Source: Euryarchaeota archaeon SM23-78 (GTDB lineage: Archaea; Nanobdellota; Nanobdellia; Woesearchaeales; SM23-78). From it: a stretch of 32,000 nucleotides of DNA. Below the pieces are notes generated by a model. That model did no database searches, had not been told where the DNA came from, and saw only the letters and a program-made list of their open reading frames with translations. Where the stretch lies: NCBI GenBank assembly GCA_001595785.1, contig LSSJ01000022.1, positions 21,957 to 53,956 on the forward strand. Direction: 5' to 3'. Made by a program: the position numbers and the translations under genes. Positions 31,436-32,000 of this stretch are shown in pieces. Each line of letters begins with the position of its first letter. The first letter of the stretch is position 1.

Positions 31436-32000
31436 AGGTAGTTGTTTCTTGAATAATATTCATATGTTAAGCGTACGCCCTCCTCTAAACTTATGGTGTC
31501 TTTATATTCAAAATCCTTTTTTGCATTCTCATTAGAAGCAATCCAATATTTTGGCTTTGATAACCTAACTTTTTGTACATTAAGTAGCGGAGTTTTTTTA
31601 GTGGAGTAAGAATAAATATTCCCCAAATTTGATATGAAATAAAGAACTTTATAAGGAATGTTGAGTGTTAAACGCTCTTTTCCACATATTTTAAATATCG
31701 TTTCATGTATGTTTTGCCAGGTGACTGGTTCATCATTACACAGAAAATAAGTTTTTGATATTGTTTTCTCTGAAAGCGATGCACTTATCATGCTTTCTAC
31801 AAGGTTATCAACATAAATCAAAGAGATGTATTTATCTTTGTTTCCAAAATAGAAATTAATCCCTGATTTAGCCATTTTAAATATCCCTAGAAAATCCTTA
31901 TCGCCCGGTCCATATACACCACCAGGACGAACTATGGTATACGGTAGAATCTGTTCATATTCCTTCACAACATTTTCTGCTTGTAATTTGCTTTGACCAT
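31432..32000 (-). CDS. NAD-dependent sugar epimerase/dehydratase (extended SDR), partial with the N-terminus beyond the right edge
   Basis: The frame stays open upstream of the track's GTG start to the window end (GQSKLQAENVVKEYEQ). This looks like the 3' part of the catalytic YxxxK region, with the Tyr beyond the window edge. It is followed by TIVRPGGVYGPGD. Confidence 0.8.
   Translation of the reverse strand, partial: GQSKLQAENVVKEYEQILPYTIVRPGGVYGPGDKDFLGIFKMAKSGINFYFGNKDKYISLIYVDNLVESMISASLSEKTISKTYFLCNDEPVTWQNIHETIFKICGKERLTLNIPYKVLYFISNLGNIYSYSTKKTPLLNVQKVRLSKPKYWIASNENAKKDFEYKDTISLEEGVRLTYEYYSRNNYL

Noticed and set aside
1-32000. CRISPR arrays, reverse transcriptase/DGR template-variable repeat pairs, rRNA genes
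   Set aside because: I saw no regularly spaced direct repeats with unique spacers, no RT motif (YxDD) ORF, and no rRNA-like conserved stretches. The only periodic repeats are coding repeats in the lipoprotein and the short palindromes described above.

Overview
AT-rich window that reads as an archaeal, probably DPANN-like, chromosome segment (inference). Supporting features are three intron-containing tRNA genes (Tyr with C1-G72, Gln with A1-U72, and Pro), each with a TATA box 24-25 nt upstream. It also carries a Rad50 with a CxxC zinc hook, SepF, a ZPR1-type zinc finger, PGI/PMI, an MtaB-like radical-SAM enzyme, a XerA-like recombinase, and frequent GGAGGTGA-type Shine-Dalgarno sites. I support about 40 CDS, including two partial genes at the window edges and one 49-aa ORF that the ORF track does not list. 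Main second-look items: (1) a free-standing LAGLIDADG homing-endonuclease gene sits between a 14-codon metK 5' relic, which keeps the promoter and SD, and a complete bacterial-type metK. (2) Copies of the tRNA-Tyr 3' end (one 17/17 nt identical) within a conserved ~38-nt motif bracket one- or two-gene cassettes downstream of tRNA-Tyr. A second tRNA-3'-end-like 16-mer brackets a 95-aa gene. Both repeat families begin at about tRNA position 59, one nt upstream of the 59/60 site where this genome's tRNAs carry T-loop introns. (3) tRNA-Gln and tRNA-Pro each carry three introns. (4) A ribbon-helix-helix domain is fused to a sugar nucleotidyltransferase, downstream of three palindromic CAAAAnC-AAA-GnTTTTG units that recur at a second, heavily structured intergenic locus. 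(5) An uncharacterised, translationally coupled membrane-protein module lies at the left edge, and a PadR/coiled-coil/recombinase island follows it. No CRISPR array, rRNA or reverse transcriptase was seen. All family assignments come from motif recognition by eye and need HMM or BLAST confirmation.
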